Shown here one piece after another: positions 8,991 through 18,389 of a stretch of DNA of 64,000 nt. The notes below the pieces were generated by a model that did not search any database, was not told the origin of the DNA, and worked only from the letters and a program-made list of their open reading frames with translations. The DNA comes from Bacteroidota bacterium (GTDB lineage Bacteria; Bacteroidota; Bacteroidia; Bacteroidales; JAADJA01): NCBI GenBank assembly GCA_020444515.1, contig JAHLKX010000002.1, positions 672,817 through 736,816 of the forward strand, in the 5' to 3' direction. Position 1 is the stretch's first letter. Each line of letters starts with the position of its first letter. The translations under genes were made by a program, and so were the position numbers.

Positions 8991-9632
8991 TCAGAATTTA
9001 ATAAATGGATTGTTCACCTTCTCATACCCGATGCTGGTTTCGGGACCATGGCCGCAATATACTTTATAGTCATCTTCCAGGGTGAACAGATGGTTGTGAA
9101 TGCTTTGCATCAGCTTGTCGAAATCACCGGTGGGAAAATCGGTACGACCGATACTGTCTTTGAACAAAACATCTCCGGTAATTACAAAGTGCTGTTCTTC
9201 GCATATGAAACACAGATGTCCATCAACGTGGCCAGGAGTATAAACCGCCTTTAGTTGCGAGTTCCCAAATGCAATCATGTCTCCATGCGAAATGAAGTTT
9301 TCTGGCATAATAGGGTCGGCCAGATTGAAACCGTAAATGTGCCCGTGCCGTGGTGCATCTTTAAAAAAGCTGAGGCCGGCTTCATGGAATTCAGGCGTTA
9401 ATCCGTATGTCTCGCAAATAAAATTGTTGCCCGGTACATGATCCACATGACAATGGGTATAGATCAATCGAACCGGTTTTAATTCCCTGGCAGCAATAAA
9501 TACAGTCATTTCACTGCATTCATGCCGATCCATGCAACCCGGATCGATGATGATGCACTCCTTTGTTTCATCATATAATATATAAGTGTTTTCCTGAAAT
9601 GGATTGAATACAAATTTCTCAACTGTGATCAT
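8991..9632 (-). CDS. MBL-fold metallo-hydrolase (glyoxalase II-like)
   Basis: HxHxDH motif is THCHVDH, and downstream His/Asp ligands are present. The ATG at 9632 is preferred because a -7 box overlaps the longer TTG start. Confidence 0.8.
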   Translation of the reverse strand: MITVEKFVFNPFQENTYILYDETKECIIIDPGCMDRHECSEMTVFIAARELKPVRLIYTHCHVDHVPGNNFICETYGLTPEFHEAGLSFFKDAPRHGHIYGFNLADPIMPENFISHGDMIAFGNSQLKAVYTPGHVDGHLCFICEEQHFVITGDVLFKDSIGRTDFPTGDFDKLMQSIHNHLFTLEDDYKVYCGHGPETSIGYEKVNNPFIKF

Positions 9633-9653
9633 AAGCCCCTTTTTGATTTCCCG

Positions 9654-9661
9654 CAAATATA
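9654..9661 (-). promoter_or_regulatory. -7 box TATATTTG for the MBL hydrolase gene
   Basis: Plus-strand caaatata, 21 nt upstream of the ATG at 9632. Confidence 0.45.
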
Positions 9662-9694
9662 CTGGATTATAAACAGGTATAGCGGATTGTTGTT

Positions 9695-9702
9695 TAAATT
9701 TG
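9695..9702 (+). promoter_or_regulatory. -7 box TAAATTTG for the ECF sigma operon
   Basis: taaatttg on the plus strand, 58 nt upstream of the ATG at 9761. Confidence 0.4.
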
Positions 9703-9760
9703 TAACAAATTGAAATGTTCGACCGTCGTATATTCAGTTGGTCGAAACAGAAATTAGCAG

Positions 9761-10246
9761 ATGACTGCGGCAGAATATAATCAATGCGTGGATAAGTTTG
9801 CTGACGGTGTTTATCGGTTTATCCTTAAAAATATTAAAAATGAGGAACATGCCCGTGACATTGTACAGGATGCCTTTGCCAAAATGTGGGAAAAGGCGCG
9901 CGATGTTTCATTTACCAAATCAAAATCGTACCTGTTCACAACAGCATATCATACCATGATCGATTTTATTCGAAAAGAGAAATTTAAAGAAGATATCGAG
10001 CGGGTTCCGGAAGCAGCATCCGTAACGGATTCAGGTTATTCGGACTTGAAAGAGGTGCTGGACGAAGCCGTGGAGAAGTTGCCGGAAATTCAACGTTCGG
10101 TTTTGCTGCTGCGCGATTATGAGGGTTATTCCTATCAGGAAATTGGTGAAATCGCTGGCTTGAATGAATCACAGGTGAAGGTTTATATTTATCGGGCACG
10201 GGTTTTTTTGAAGAATTATTTGGTGAAGATTGACAACGTTATTTAG
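9761..10246 (+). CDS. ECF-type RNA polymerase sigma-70 family factor
   Basis: 161 aa with a region 2 (ARDIVQDAFAKMWE) and a region 4 HTH (YSYQEIGEIAGLNESQVKVYIYRAR). Confidence 0.85.
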   Translation: MTAAEYNQCVDKFADGVYRFILKNIKNEEHARDIVQDAFAKMWEKARDVSFTKSKSYLFTTAYHTMIDFIRKEKFKEDIERVPEAASVTDSGYSDLKEVLDEAVEKLPEIQRSVLLLRDYEGYSYQEIGEIAGLNESQVKVYIYRARVFLKNYLVKIDNVI

Positions 10247-10287
10247 GTTTTGGTTCAGCATTGTTTTGAACGTTTTTAAAATTTGAT

Positions 10288-11340
10288 ATGAAAATTAATA
10301 AGGAAAACTATGAAATTTATTTCCTCGATTATTTCGAGGGCAGGCTGGCCACTGAAGAGGTGGCTGAGCTAATGGTTTTCCTTGAATCCAATCCTCAGTT
10401 AAAAGATGAATTCGACTCCTTTGAAATGATTTTCCTTGAGGCAGATAAGACCATTTCGGCGAACTTTCAGAAACTAAAAAAACAGGATTATATCCCGGAA
10501 GAAAATATCGACTCATGGAATTATGAAGAAAAAATGGTGGCCTACCTTGAAGGTGATCTGAATTCCTCTGAACAAGAGGAAATGAAAAATTTCATTGATA
10601 AAAATCCAAATGCACGCCTTGAACTGAATCTCTTCAGGAAAACTTTCCTGACGGCCGGAGAGGAAGTTTATGAAAATAAAAATGAGCTTAAAAAAACCGG
10701 GGTCCTGTTACTATATGGAAGACCTCTGCTTTATGCCGTATCCGCTGCCGCTGCCATTCTCATGTTGTTTGGTCTGTATACCTTGTTAAAACCTGCGCCG
10801 GATATTGAAGTTCAGGTTCCATTGACAGAGATAAGATTGCCGGTACTGGAGCCAGGAGACTTGTTACAAGATCAATCACTCCCGGGAAACCTGGAATTGC
10901 GAAGTAATCATATAGAAATTGCGATGGGTAGGGAAGAAGAGACAATACAGGAGGAATTGGTTGCCCTGGCGCCAATGAAATTTAGAGACATAAATGCCAT
11001 CTTGTATTCAGGAGAAACTGATTCCCGGAAATTAACCAAGGTTGAACCCCTCTATACCACTGCTGGATTGGATGTTACCAGGATAGATGGGATTGAAAAG
11101 GATAAACAACCGGCTTTTGCTGTCCGATTTCTTTCAGGGTTAACGAAAAAGCTGATCGGGAACCCCAATCCGGATAAGAAATCGTTGATTGAATTATCTG
11201 TTGATGGTTATAATATGATTGCTGATCGTGATGTTGAAGTTAAAAAACAACTCGATGCCAATGGCAATGTTGTAGCATATAATGTGAATGGGGAAACCAT
11301 TGCATTTTCACATCGCGTAAATAAATCTACAGCTGAATAA
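10288..11340 (+). CDS. single-pass membrane protein, anti-sigma-factor-like
   Basis: Lies directly downstream of the ECF sigma gene. The motif Y(F/L)EG.L...E..E...F....NP is duplicated at about residues 14-45 and 85-115. There is one TM span (LLYAVSAAAAILMLFGLYTLL) and no zinc-binding HxxxCxxC. Confidence 0.5.
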   Translation: MKINKENYEIYFLDYFEGRLATEEVAELMVFLESNPQLKDEFDSFEMIFLEADKTISANFQKLKKQDYIPEENIDSWNYEEKMVAYLEGDLNSSEQEEMKNFIDKNPNARLELNLFRKTFLTAGEEVYENKNELKKTGVLLLYGRPLLYAVSAAAAILMLFGLYTLLKPAPDIEVQVPLTEIRLPVLEPGDLLQDQSLPGNLELRSNHIEIAMGREEETIQEELVALAPMKFRDINAILYSGETDSRKLTKVEPLYTTAGLDVTRIDGIEKDKQPAFAVRFLSGLTKKLIGNPNPDKKSLIELSVDGYNMIADRDVEVKKQLDANGNVVAYNVNGETIAFSHRVNKSTAE

Positions 11341-11414
11341 ATCTACCTGTAACTTTTGCTGATCTCCATCCGTCCCAGCAATAAATAAATACAATAACTA
11401 TAAATAATTGAACC

Positions 11415-12983
11415 ATGAAAATTAAATTGATTGTTTTATTGGCAGCCTTGTTTATGAGTGCTGCAGGATTGCAAGCGCAAGAAAAAGGGAATAAAAATGT
11501 GGTAAGTCAGGAGCGGTCTGTATCAGATTTCACAGGCATTGAAGCAGGAGGATCTTTAACCCTTTACCTTGAGCAGGATAATGCATTCTCAGTTTCGGTT
11601 GAAACGGACGAAAACCTCCAGGATAATGTGATTACTGAGCTGGATGGAAATAAATTGATTGTGAAATCCACCAGGATCCGCAATCCGACCAAATTAAACG
11701 TTTATGTCAAAATGCCTGAACTGAAATATTTACAGGCAAGCGGTGCCACCGATGTTAAAGGTAAATCCGTATTTGAAACAGATGAACTATCTATTTATGC
11801 AAGCGGTGCCACATCGGTGAGTTTGGATATCAATGTATCTTACCTCGAGAGCGTTGTATCTGGTGCTGCTGATGTTAAGCTGAAGGGAACTGCAAACACC
11901 CATAAACTGGATGTTAGTGGTGCTGGAACCATCAGTGCAACAGGCCTTGAAACGAAAAAAGCGACTTATTCCGTAAGCGGTGCAGCCCATGCTGATCTGT
12001 ATGTGACCGAAGATATAAGTGGGACGAAAAAGGGATCGGCAGATATTTCCTATTCAGGTAATCCCAAAACAATTAATATTACAAAGGCAGATCAGGGTCA
12101 TTCCGGTCAATATACTGTTCGTTCTGATAATTATTACGACTCTGTTAAGGTAAAAGTAGGAGGGATCAGAGTAGAGGTATTTGATGGTGATGACTCAGTG
12201 AAAGTGATCGTTGGCGATCGTGAAATCCATGTGGATGAAGATGGAAACGTACGTTACTGGCGTTCAAAAAAACCGAAGTTTAACGGGCATTGGGCCGGTT
12301 TTGATATGGGCCTCAATGGATTTGTTAATTCCGATTTTAATCAGAGTTTCCCCAAAGAATACGAATACCTCGATTTACGGATGACCAAATCAGTAGCTGT
12401 TCATATTAATTTCTTTGAGCAGAACGTGGCATTCTCAAGGAACCAAAAATGGGGTATGGTAACCGGGTTAGGAATGAACTGGAACAACTATCGTTTCAGC
12501 AAAGCCACACGCCTGAGTGCTGATTCATCGCAACTGCAAGGTTTTCTTGATAAAGGTATCAGTGTAAGGAAAAGTAAACTCACAGCGCTTTACCTGAGTG
12601 TTCCCCTTATTTTTGAATTCCAAACCAACAGCCGGCACAAAAAGAACAGTTTCCACCTGGGTGCCGGGATGATCGCAAGTGCCCGTTTATCATCACATAC
12701 TAAAAAGTATTATGATGAAAGAAACAAGGAGTTTGATGTCACTCAATACAATCCCGAATCCGATCAGTACGAAACTGTTTATACAGCGACATCACCTGAC
12801 TATTCGAAAACAAAAAACTTTGATGATTTTTACCTCCAACCTTTCAAATTTGATGCAACGGTGCGCATTGGATGGGGATTCATCAATTTATTTGCTACCT
12901 ATTCTGTTAACGAAATGTTCAAAAAGGATAAAGGTCCTGAAGTATATCCCTGGACCATCGGTATTACATTTGTTAATTTCTGA
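11415..12983 (+). CDS. DUF2807 (GIN-type beta-solenoid) domain fused to an outer-membrane beta-barrel domain
   Basis: Has a signal peptide. The N-terminal half has repeated SGA(T/A/G)D(V/I) rungs (ASGATDVKGKS, VSGAADVKLKG, VSGAGTISATG, VSGAAHADLYV). The C-terminal half has alternating beta-strand patterns and ends ITFVNF. Confidence 0.65.
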   Translation: MKIKLIVLLAALFMSAAGLQAQEKGNKNVVSQERSVSDFTGIEAGGSLTLYLEQDNAFSVSVETDENLQDNVITELDGNKLIVKSTRIRNPTKLNVYVKMPELKYLQASGATDVKGKSVFETDELSIYASGATSVSLDINVSYLESVVSGAADVKLKGTANTHKLDVSGAGTISATGLETKKATYSVSGAAHADLYVTEDISGTKKGSADISYSGNPKTINITKADQGHSGQYTVRSDNYYDSVKVKVGGIRVEVFDGDDSVKVIVGDREIHVDEDGNVRYWRSKKPKFNGHWAGFDMGLNGFVNSDFNQSFPKEYEYLDLRMTKSVAVHINFFEQNVAFSRNQKWGMVTGLGMNWNNYRFSKATRLSADSSQLQGFLDKGISVRKSKLTALYLSVPLIFEFQTNSRHKKNSFHLGAGMIASARLSSHTKKYYDERNKEFDVTQYNPESDQYETVYTATSPDYSKTKNFDDFYLQPFKFDATVRIGWGFINLFATYSVNEMFKKDKGPEVYPWTIGITFVNF

Positions 12984-13005
12984 TAGCGACCAACAGCTTA
13001 GGAAA

Positions 13006-13041
13006 GGGAAACTGTCGCAAGCCGGCAGTTTCCTTTTTTTT
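13006..13041 (+). terminator. rho-independent terminator of the sigma/anti-sigma/DUF2807 operon
   Basis: ggaaactg (13007-13014) pairs with cagtttcc (13026-13033), followed by an 8-nt T-run. Confidence 0.7.
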
Positions 13042-13161
13042 ATTTGGTACAGTTTCAATTTTAACGATGATAGATGTTTCATCCAATTTTTATAATTTTA
13101 CATCCCTTTTCAAAAATCCACTGGTAAAAACAAAAGAATTAAATAACAAATACTTACACAG

Positions 13162-13902
13162 ATGTCAGGACACAGTAAATGGTCAAAAATAAAACGGGCA
13201 AAGGGTGCTGCTGATGCCAAACGATCGAAAATGTTTTCAAAAGTTGTTAAAGAAATAACTGTCGCAGTGAAGGAAGGTGGCCCGGATCCTGAAGGAAATC
13301 CACGTCTTCGGCTGGCCATTGCCAATGCCAAAGGAATCAGTATGCCCAAGGATAACATTGAACGAGCCATTAGCAAAGGAAAAGATAAAGATGGAGCCAG
13401 TTTCCTTGAGCTTACGTACGAAGGTTACCTAACCTATGGCGTGGCAGTTTATGTGGAATGTACTACCGATAATCAACAACGCACCGTAAGCTGGGTAAGA
13501 TCTGTTTTCAATAAATACGGAGGGAACCTCGGAACCAATGGCTCATTGAGTTTTTTGTTTGAACGCAAAGGTGTTTTTGAGGTGCCCAAAGGGGATCTTG
13601 ACCAGGATGAATTTGAACTGGAAATGATTGATGCTGGTGCAGAAGATATTGAATATGAAGATGGATTTTTCTCCATCACCACCGCTATGGAAGACTTTGG
13701 TAAAATGCAAAAAAAACTGGAAGAATTGGGTATTGAACCGGAAAGTGCCGAATTGCAAAGAATTCCGCACGAAACGGTAAAGCTTGATGATGAAGTTGCC
13801 CGTAAAATCTTAAAAGTAATCGAAGTATTTGAAGACGAAGATGATGTTCAGAAGGTTTTTCATAACCTGGAAATCTCTGACGAGATGATGAATGAAATGT
13901 AA
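13162..13902 (+). CDS. yebC: YebC/PmpR-family DNA-binding regulator
   Basis: Has the diagnostic N-terminus MSGHSKWSKIKRAKGAADAKRSK and is 246 aa long. Confidence 0.9.
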   Translation: MSGHSKWSKIKRAKGAADAKRSKMFSKVVKEITVAVKEGGPDPEGNPRLRLAIANAKGISMPKDNIERAISKGKDKDGASFLELTYEGYLTYGVAVYVECTTDNQQRTVSWVRSVFNKYGGNLGTNGSLSFLFERKGVFEVPKGDLDQDEFELEMIDAGAEDIEYEDGFFSITTAMEDFGKMQKKLEELGIEPESAELQRIPHETVKLDDEVARKILKVIEVFEDEDDVQKVFHNLEISDEMMNEM

Positions 13903-13913
13903 AAAATTACCAT

Positions 13914-13946
13914 AAAAAGTAGCCCTGCATTGACAGGGCTTTTTTA
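13914..13946. terminator. bidirectional terminator between yebC and the flippase gene
   Basis: agccctg / cagggct stem (13921-13927 / 13934-13940), flanked by an A-run on the left and tttttt on the right. Confidence 0.6.
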
Positions 13947-15428
13947 TGCTTTCTCGGTTTTGAATATACGAATCACTTCTTTTATATGAAGCAGCCTGAG
14001 AACAATGGCCAGTATGATCGAACCCATGATCATTACCAGTAGGTTAACCTTCCAGTCAAAACCAAATGTTCTGGATAAATAGGCAAGCCCAAAGGTACCC
14101 GAAACGAATAAAATTAACATCAGGAAAAAGAGATAGTTCTTTCTGAACTTGAAAATAGCAAACGCAAGGATCACCTGTGCCAGAGCTGTCATGCTTTGCG
14201 CACTCAGGCTGGCATAGGCGGCACCAATGGCCTGAAAGCGGGGAACAAGGGTTAGATTAACCACCAGGCTGATAATCACCCCTGTTGCAGCAACAATGTT
14301 CAACTGTTTCAGACTCCCATTGGCAGTTAATAAAGTACCAAAAACATAGGTTGTTGAAATCGCCACAAACCCAAACATCAGTATCCGGAAAACATGGGCC
14401 GATTGATCAAGTCTGAGCAAATATTGGTCCATGGTTTCGGTGATATGATGAGGATAAAGCCATTCCATCATTTCGGAACTGTAAAACCAGGTTGCTGCAG
14501 CAACCGTAACACTAACTGTAAATAAAAGAGAAAAGGATAACCGAACCAGGTTTTCGACCGAATCATGAAGCTTGATCATTTTGGAAAAAAGTGGTAATAG
14601 CAGAACGGAAAACAGGAATGCGATCATATTGGCGGCATCCAGCAGGCGAAAAGCTTGTGCATAAACACCGGCCTGCATTTTACCCAGGTCACCCGGCAAT
14701 ACCCTTTCGATGATCACCGAATCAATGCGGTTATATTGCGCCATAAGAAGTACCAGAAGGGCAAAGGGAAAACTCTTTTTTAGGATCATTAATAAAAAAG
14801 GTCGGTTCCAGTTCAGCCTCCTGAAGGCTGCTTTGCGAATGACAACGGTTATGGCAATCATGGCTGTCAATCCGTAAGCCGCCGTTTGGGCATATACAAA
14901 CCATTCGATCTGAAATTTTTTATCGGTTACATTTCCCCAAAGCAGAATGCTACAAAAAATGATCATTAACAATCGATCGAGGACCGAAAGAACGCTATCG
15001 GTTTTAAACATTAACAATCCTGAGATATTGGATCGCAGGTAGAGGATAAAGGATAATAAAAACTGATTGAAAGCGACCCATCCGAGAATATAAAATTGCT
15101 TAGAATCATATCCTATGATAAAGCCAATGATAAAGGTAATGGCAACATAAAGAATTCCCAGCAATAACTTCAAGATAAGAATACTGGAAAAGTGCTTGTT
15201 GAGCAATTGATGGTTTTGGGCAATGTTTCGGTTGTTAAAGTTAGTGATGCCAAAATCGAGCAGGATATTGAACAGGAAAGAAAAGTTCAGAATGGAGAAA
15301 TAAAATCCAAAATCCTCAGCACCTACCGCATTCTGGACCGACCGGTCAATCCCCAAAACCCAGAATGGTTTGACCAGTAGGTTGAGGAATAATAATATGC
15401 CAAGGTTGGTGAGGAATTTCTTTTGCAT
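13944..15428 (-). CDS. polysaccharide/oligosaccharide flippase (MOP/Wzx-like)
   Basis: 494-aa highly hydrophobic multi-pass protein with Wzx-like topology, next to glycosyltransferase genes. Confidence 0.65.
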   Translation of the reverse strand: MQKKFLTNLGILLFLNLLVKPFWVLGIDRSVQNAVGAEDFGFYFSILNFSFLFNILLDFGITNFNNRNIAQNHQLLNKHFSSILILKLLLGILYVAITFIIGFIIGYDSKQFYILGWVAFNQFLLSFILYLRSNISGLLMFKTDSVLSVLDRLLMIIFCSILLWGNVTDKKFQIEWFVYAQTAAYGLTAMIAITVVIRKAAFRRLNWNRPFLLMILKKSFPFALLVLLMAQYNRIDSVIIERVLPGDLGKMQAGVYAQAFRLLDAANMIAFLFSVLLLPLFSKMIKLHDSVENLVRLSFSLLFTVSVTVAAATWFYSSEMMEWLYPHHITETMDQYLLRLDQSAHVFRILMFGFVAISTTYVFGTLLTANGSLKQLNIVAATGVIISLVVNLTLVPRFQAIGAAYASLSAQSMTALAQVILAFAIFKFRKNYLFFLMLILFVSGTFGLAYLSRTFGFDWKVNLLVMIMGSIILAIVLRLLHIKEVIRIFKTEKA

Positions 15429-15471
15429 GAAAAGATTGATATCAATATCTAACGATGAATACTTTAAATAT

Positions 15472-15489
15472 TAAATTTGTGCAAATTTA
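15472..15489. promoter_or_regulatory. palindromic pair of opposed -7 boxes TAAATTTG-tg-CAAATTTA in a divergent intergenic region
   Basis: taaatttg on the plus strand at 15472-15479 and the same motif on the minus strand at 15482-15489, between the flippase gene (start 15428) and the GT4 gene (start 15541). Confidence 0.4.
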
Positions 15490-15540
15490 TCAATAAAGTG
15501 ATTGGTTTACCTTTACCCTCGTAAAACTTATTGAACCATT

Positions 15541-16671
15541 TTGAAAATTGCCATAAACACTCGGTTATTAATTAAAAATAAATTGGAAGGGATCGGCTGG
15601 TTTACTTATGAAACCCTGAAACGTATAACACAACAACATAAGGAACACCAGTTTTATTTTATTTTTGATCGTAAGCATGATCCCTCATTCATATTCTCTG
15701 ACAATATAACCCCCATTGAAATTTTCCCGCAGGCGCGTCATCCTTTTTTGTACTATTTGTGGTTTGAATATTCCATTCCCCATGCATTGAATAAAATTAA
15801 TCCCGATCTGTTTTTTTCGCCGGATGGATATCTATCCCTGAATACCCGATTTAGGTCCATGAACGTTTTTCATGATCTCAATTTCGAACATTACCCAAAA
15901 GATTTACCTTATTTCGAACGAAAATATTACCAGTTTTTTTTCCCCCGTTATGCTCGAAAAGCGAGTCGAATTGCTACTGTTTCTGAATATTCCAAAACTG
16001 ATATTGAAAAACAATATGGCATCTCGGCTGATAAAATTGATGTGGTTTACAATGGAGCCAATGAAAACTTTAGACCCATCGAAGAACAGGAAAAAGATAC
16101 AGTTCGCCAACAATATGCCGGTGGGTTTTCCTATTTTGTATTTGTAGGAGCTTTGCACCCTCGGAAGAATCTTGTAAATCTTTTTAAAGCTTATGACCAG
16201 TTCAAACAAAAAGATCAACAGGGGATAAAACTTATGATTGTTGGTGAAAAAATGTGGTGGACATCGCGGATAAGGGAAGCCTATGAACAAATGAACCACA
16301 AAGAGGACATAATATTTAGCGGGCGTTTAGGTCTGGAGGAATTGATAAAAGTGGTTGGTTCTGCATTGGCCCTCACCTATGTTTCCTATTTCGAAGGATT
16401 TGGAATCCCCATCGTCGAGTCTTTTTATGCTGAAACCCCGGTAATTACGTCCAGCGTTACTTCCATGCCTGAAGTAGCAGGTGATGCTGCCTTACTGGTC
16501 GATCCGTTTTCGGTGGAATCGATCCGGGATGCCCTGATAAAAATAGCCGGTGATGAAACGCTGAGAAAAAAATTGGTGGAAAAGGGCCGTAAACAGCGGC
16601 AGAAATTCTCCTGGCAACAATCTGCTGATCGTTTATGGCAATCCATGGAAAAGGCCCTGGATCTTTCCTGA
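15541..16671 (+). CDS. glycosyltransferase family 4 (GT-B)
   Basis: 376 aa with a C-terminal E-x7-E region (EGFGIPIVESFYAETPVI). The TTG start gives the typical MKIAINTR N-terminus. Confidence 0.8.
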   Translation: MKIAINTRLLIKNKLEGIGWFTYETLKRITQQHKEHQFYFIFDRKHDPSFIFSDNITPIEIFPQARHPFLYYLWFEYSIPHALNKINPDLFFSPDGYLSLNTRFRSMNVFHDLNFEHYPKDLPYFERKYYQFFFPRYARKASRIATVSEYSKTDIEKQYGISADKIDVVYNGANENFRPIEEQEKDTVRQQYAGGFSYFVFVGALHPRKNLVNLFKAYDQFKQKDQQGIKLMIVGEKMWWTSRIREAYEQMNHKEDIIFSGRLGLEELIKVVGSALALTYVSYFEGFGIPIVESFYAETPVITSSVTSMPEVAGDAALLVDPFSVESIRDALIKIAGDETLRKKLVEKGRKQRQKFSWQQSADRLWQSMEKALDLS

Positions 16672-16685
16672 AATAACCAATCGAA

Positions 16686-17519
16686 TCAATTCAATCTCCA
16701 CGACATTCTTAAACCGGCTCCATAGGATGAGTAACCGGGTTCAACAGTGAGTTTTTTATTAAAATTAATTTTACTCAGGGTGATCCCAATAAATGAGCCC
16801 AGTGCAGCACCGGCCACCACATCACTGGCCCAGTGCCGGGTATCATTGATTCGGGAAAGCCCCACAAGTGAAGCTATGGTATAACTGGTAATCCCTACCC
16901 ATGGTTTATCTCTGTATCCCATTGCCAGAACAGAAGCGACCGCAAAGGCCGATGTTGTATGGCCAGATGGGAACGAAACATGATCAAAGGTAAAAGGGTA
17001 GGGGCCTTCCCACCTGTAGGGATCGGGTGGATCGTTTTCACTGGGACGATGCCGATGAAAAAGATGCTTGCCAACTGCTGCTGCACCACCGGCCAGAATA
17101 TAGGCTTTGAGGCCTGTAAGTGCAACATTTCGATGGCGGCTGTTGCGATTACTGAAGATATATATGCCCGCTAATATCGGAATGGAATAGTACCCGCTTC
17201 CAAGGGGTTCCACCCATTTACTGGTTTTATTGCTGGCTCCGGATCGGTTACTTTGAAAAAATTCATAAATGTCTTCATCAAAAGCATAGGTTACGGTCCA
17301 TGCTGTGGCAATACCGGCAAATGTTGCCCATTGTTGCCCTTTCCATCGGGCAGGTTCGGTAACTATTTGCCTGGTGTCATCCCAGTAAGATGTCAGGTAT
17401 TTACCATTGAACCGGTAAATGGTATCATTGTTTTCCTGGGCAAGCGAAGGTAAACCAAGGGTATAAAGATTGATGATAATCAGGCCCGAAATCAGATGTA
17501 TGGATCGAAAAGGTTTCAA
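16686..17519 (-). CDS. PAP2-family phosphatase
   Basis: Has the three acid-phosphatase motifs KHLFHRHRP, FPSGHT and SRINDTRHWASDV, plus a signal peptide. The start is a TTG. Confidence 0.8.
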   Translation of the reverse strand: MKPFRSIHLISGLIIINLYTLGLPSLAQENNDTIYRFNGKYLTSYWDDTRQIVTEPARWKGQQWATFAGIATAWTVTYAFDEDIYEFFQSNRSGASNKTSKWVEPLGSGYYSIPILAGIYIFSNRNSRHRNVALTGLKAYILAGGAAAVGKHLFHRHRPSENDPPDPYRWEGPYPFTFDHVSFPSGHTTSAFAVASVLAMGYRDKPWVGITSYTIASLVGLSRINDTRHWASDVVAGAALGSFIGITLSKINFNKKLTVEPGYSSYGAGLRMSWRLN

Positions 17520-17535
17520 ATTTTAGTGAAGTTGA

Positions 17536-18324
17536 TTAACCAATATTTTCTATTTTTTTGGCTTCCTCCCAAAAAACATCCATTTCGTCAAGGGTCATAT
17601 TTTTCAATGAGCGGCCTGATTCAGAAGCTTTATTTTCAAGGTGTTGAAATCGGTGAATGAATTTTTTGTTGGTTCGCTCGAGGGCGTCCTCCGGATTGAC
17701 CCCAATAAAACGTGCATAATTAACCAAAGCAAAAAGCAGATCACCCAGTTCATTTTCCATTTTTTCATGATCATTGTCCTCTTCCACCTCTTTTTTTAAT
17801 TCATTCATCTCCTCGACCACTTTATCCCAAACCTGCTCGGGCTTTTCCCAGTCAAACCCTACACCTTTGGCTTTCTCCTGAATGCGGTATGCCTTTACCA
17901 GTGGAGGTAATGAAACGGGAACACCGGATAAAACCGATTTACGACCCTCTTTCAACTTGATCTTTTCCCAGTTATCTTTCACTGTTTTGGCATCGTTGGC
18001 CTCAACATCCCCATAAATATGCGGATGGCGATAAACTAACTTGTTATTGATATAGTTCAATACATCACCAATATCAAACCGGTTCTTTTCGGTTCCAATT
18101 TTAGCATAAAACACCAGGTGGAGCATCAGATCGCCCAATTCTTTTTTTATCCCGTCAATATCTTTGTCCAGGATGGATTCGGAAAGTTCGTAGGTTTCTT
18201 CTATGGTAAGATGGCGGAGGCTTTCAAACGTTTGCTCTCGATCCCAGGGGCACTGATCCCTCAATTCATCCATGATGGTTAAGAGTTGTTTGAATGCTTC
18301 TATTTTTTCTTCAATCGTGGTCAT
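17536..18324 (-). CDS. mazG: nucleoside triphosphate pyrophosphohydrolase MazG
   Basis: Tandem MazG domains with EExxE/D motifs (IEETYELSE, VEEMNELKKE, ELGDLLF). The ATG at 18324 is preferred because a -7 box covers the TTG at 18360. Confidence 0.85.
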   Translation of the reverse strand: MTTIEEKIEAFKQLLTIMDELRDQCPWDREQTFESLRHLTIEETYELSESILDKDIDGIKKELGDLMLHLVFYAKIGTEKNRFDIGDVLNYINNKLVYRHPHIYGDVEANDAKTVKDNWEKIKLKEGRKSVLSGVPVSLPPLVKAYRIQEKAKGVGFDWEKPEQVWDKVVEEMNELKKEVEEDNDHEKMENELGDLLFALVNYARFIGVNPEDALERTNKKFIHRFQHLENKASESGRSLKNMTLDEMDVFWEEAKKIENIG

Positions 18325-18357
18325 AATGTTTGCGGTATTCAGACGATAATTTTGGCG

Positions 18358-18365
18358 CAAAAGTA
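18358..18365 (-). promoter_or_regulatory. -7 box TACTTTTG for mazG
   Basis: Plus-strand caaaagta, 33 nt upstream of the ATG at 18324. Confidence 0.45.
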
Positions 18366-18389
18366 ATGAAATCTAATTCCTTCACTCTA

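Noticed and set aside
13110-13376. 88-aa minus-strand ORF.
   Set aside because: It is antisense to the highly conserved N-terminus of yebC.
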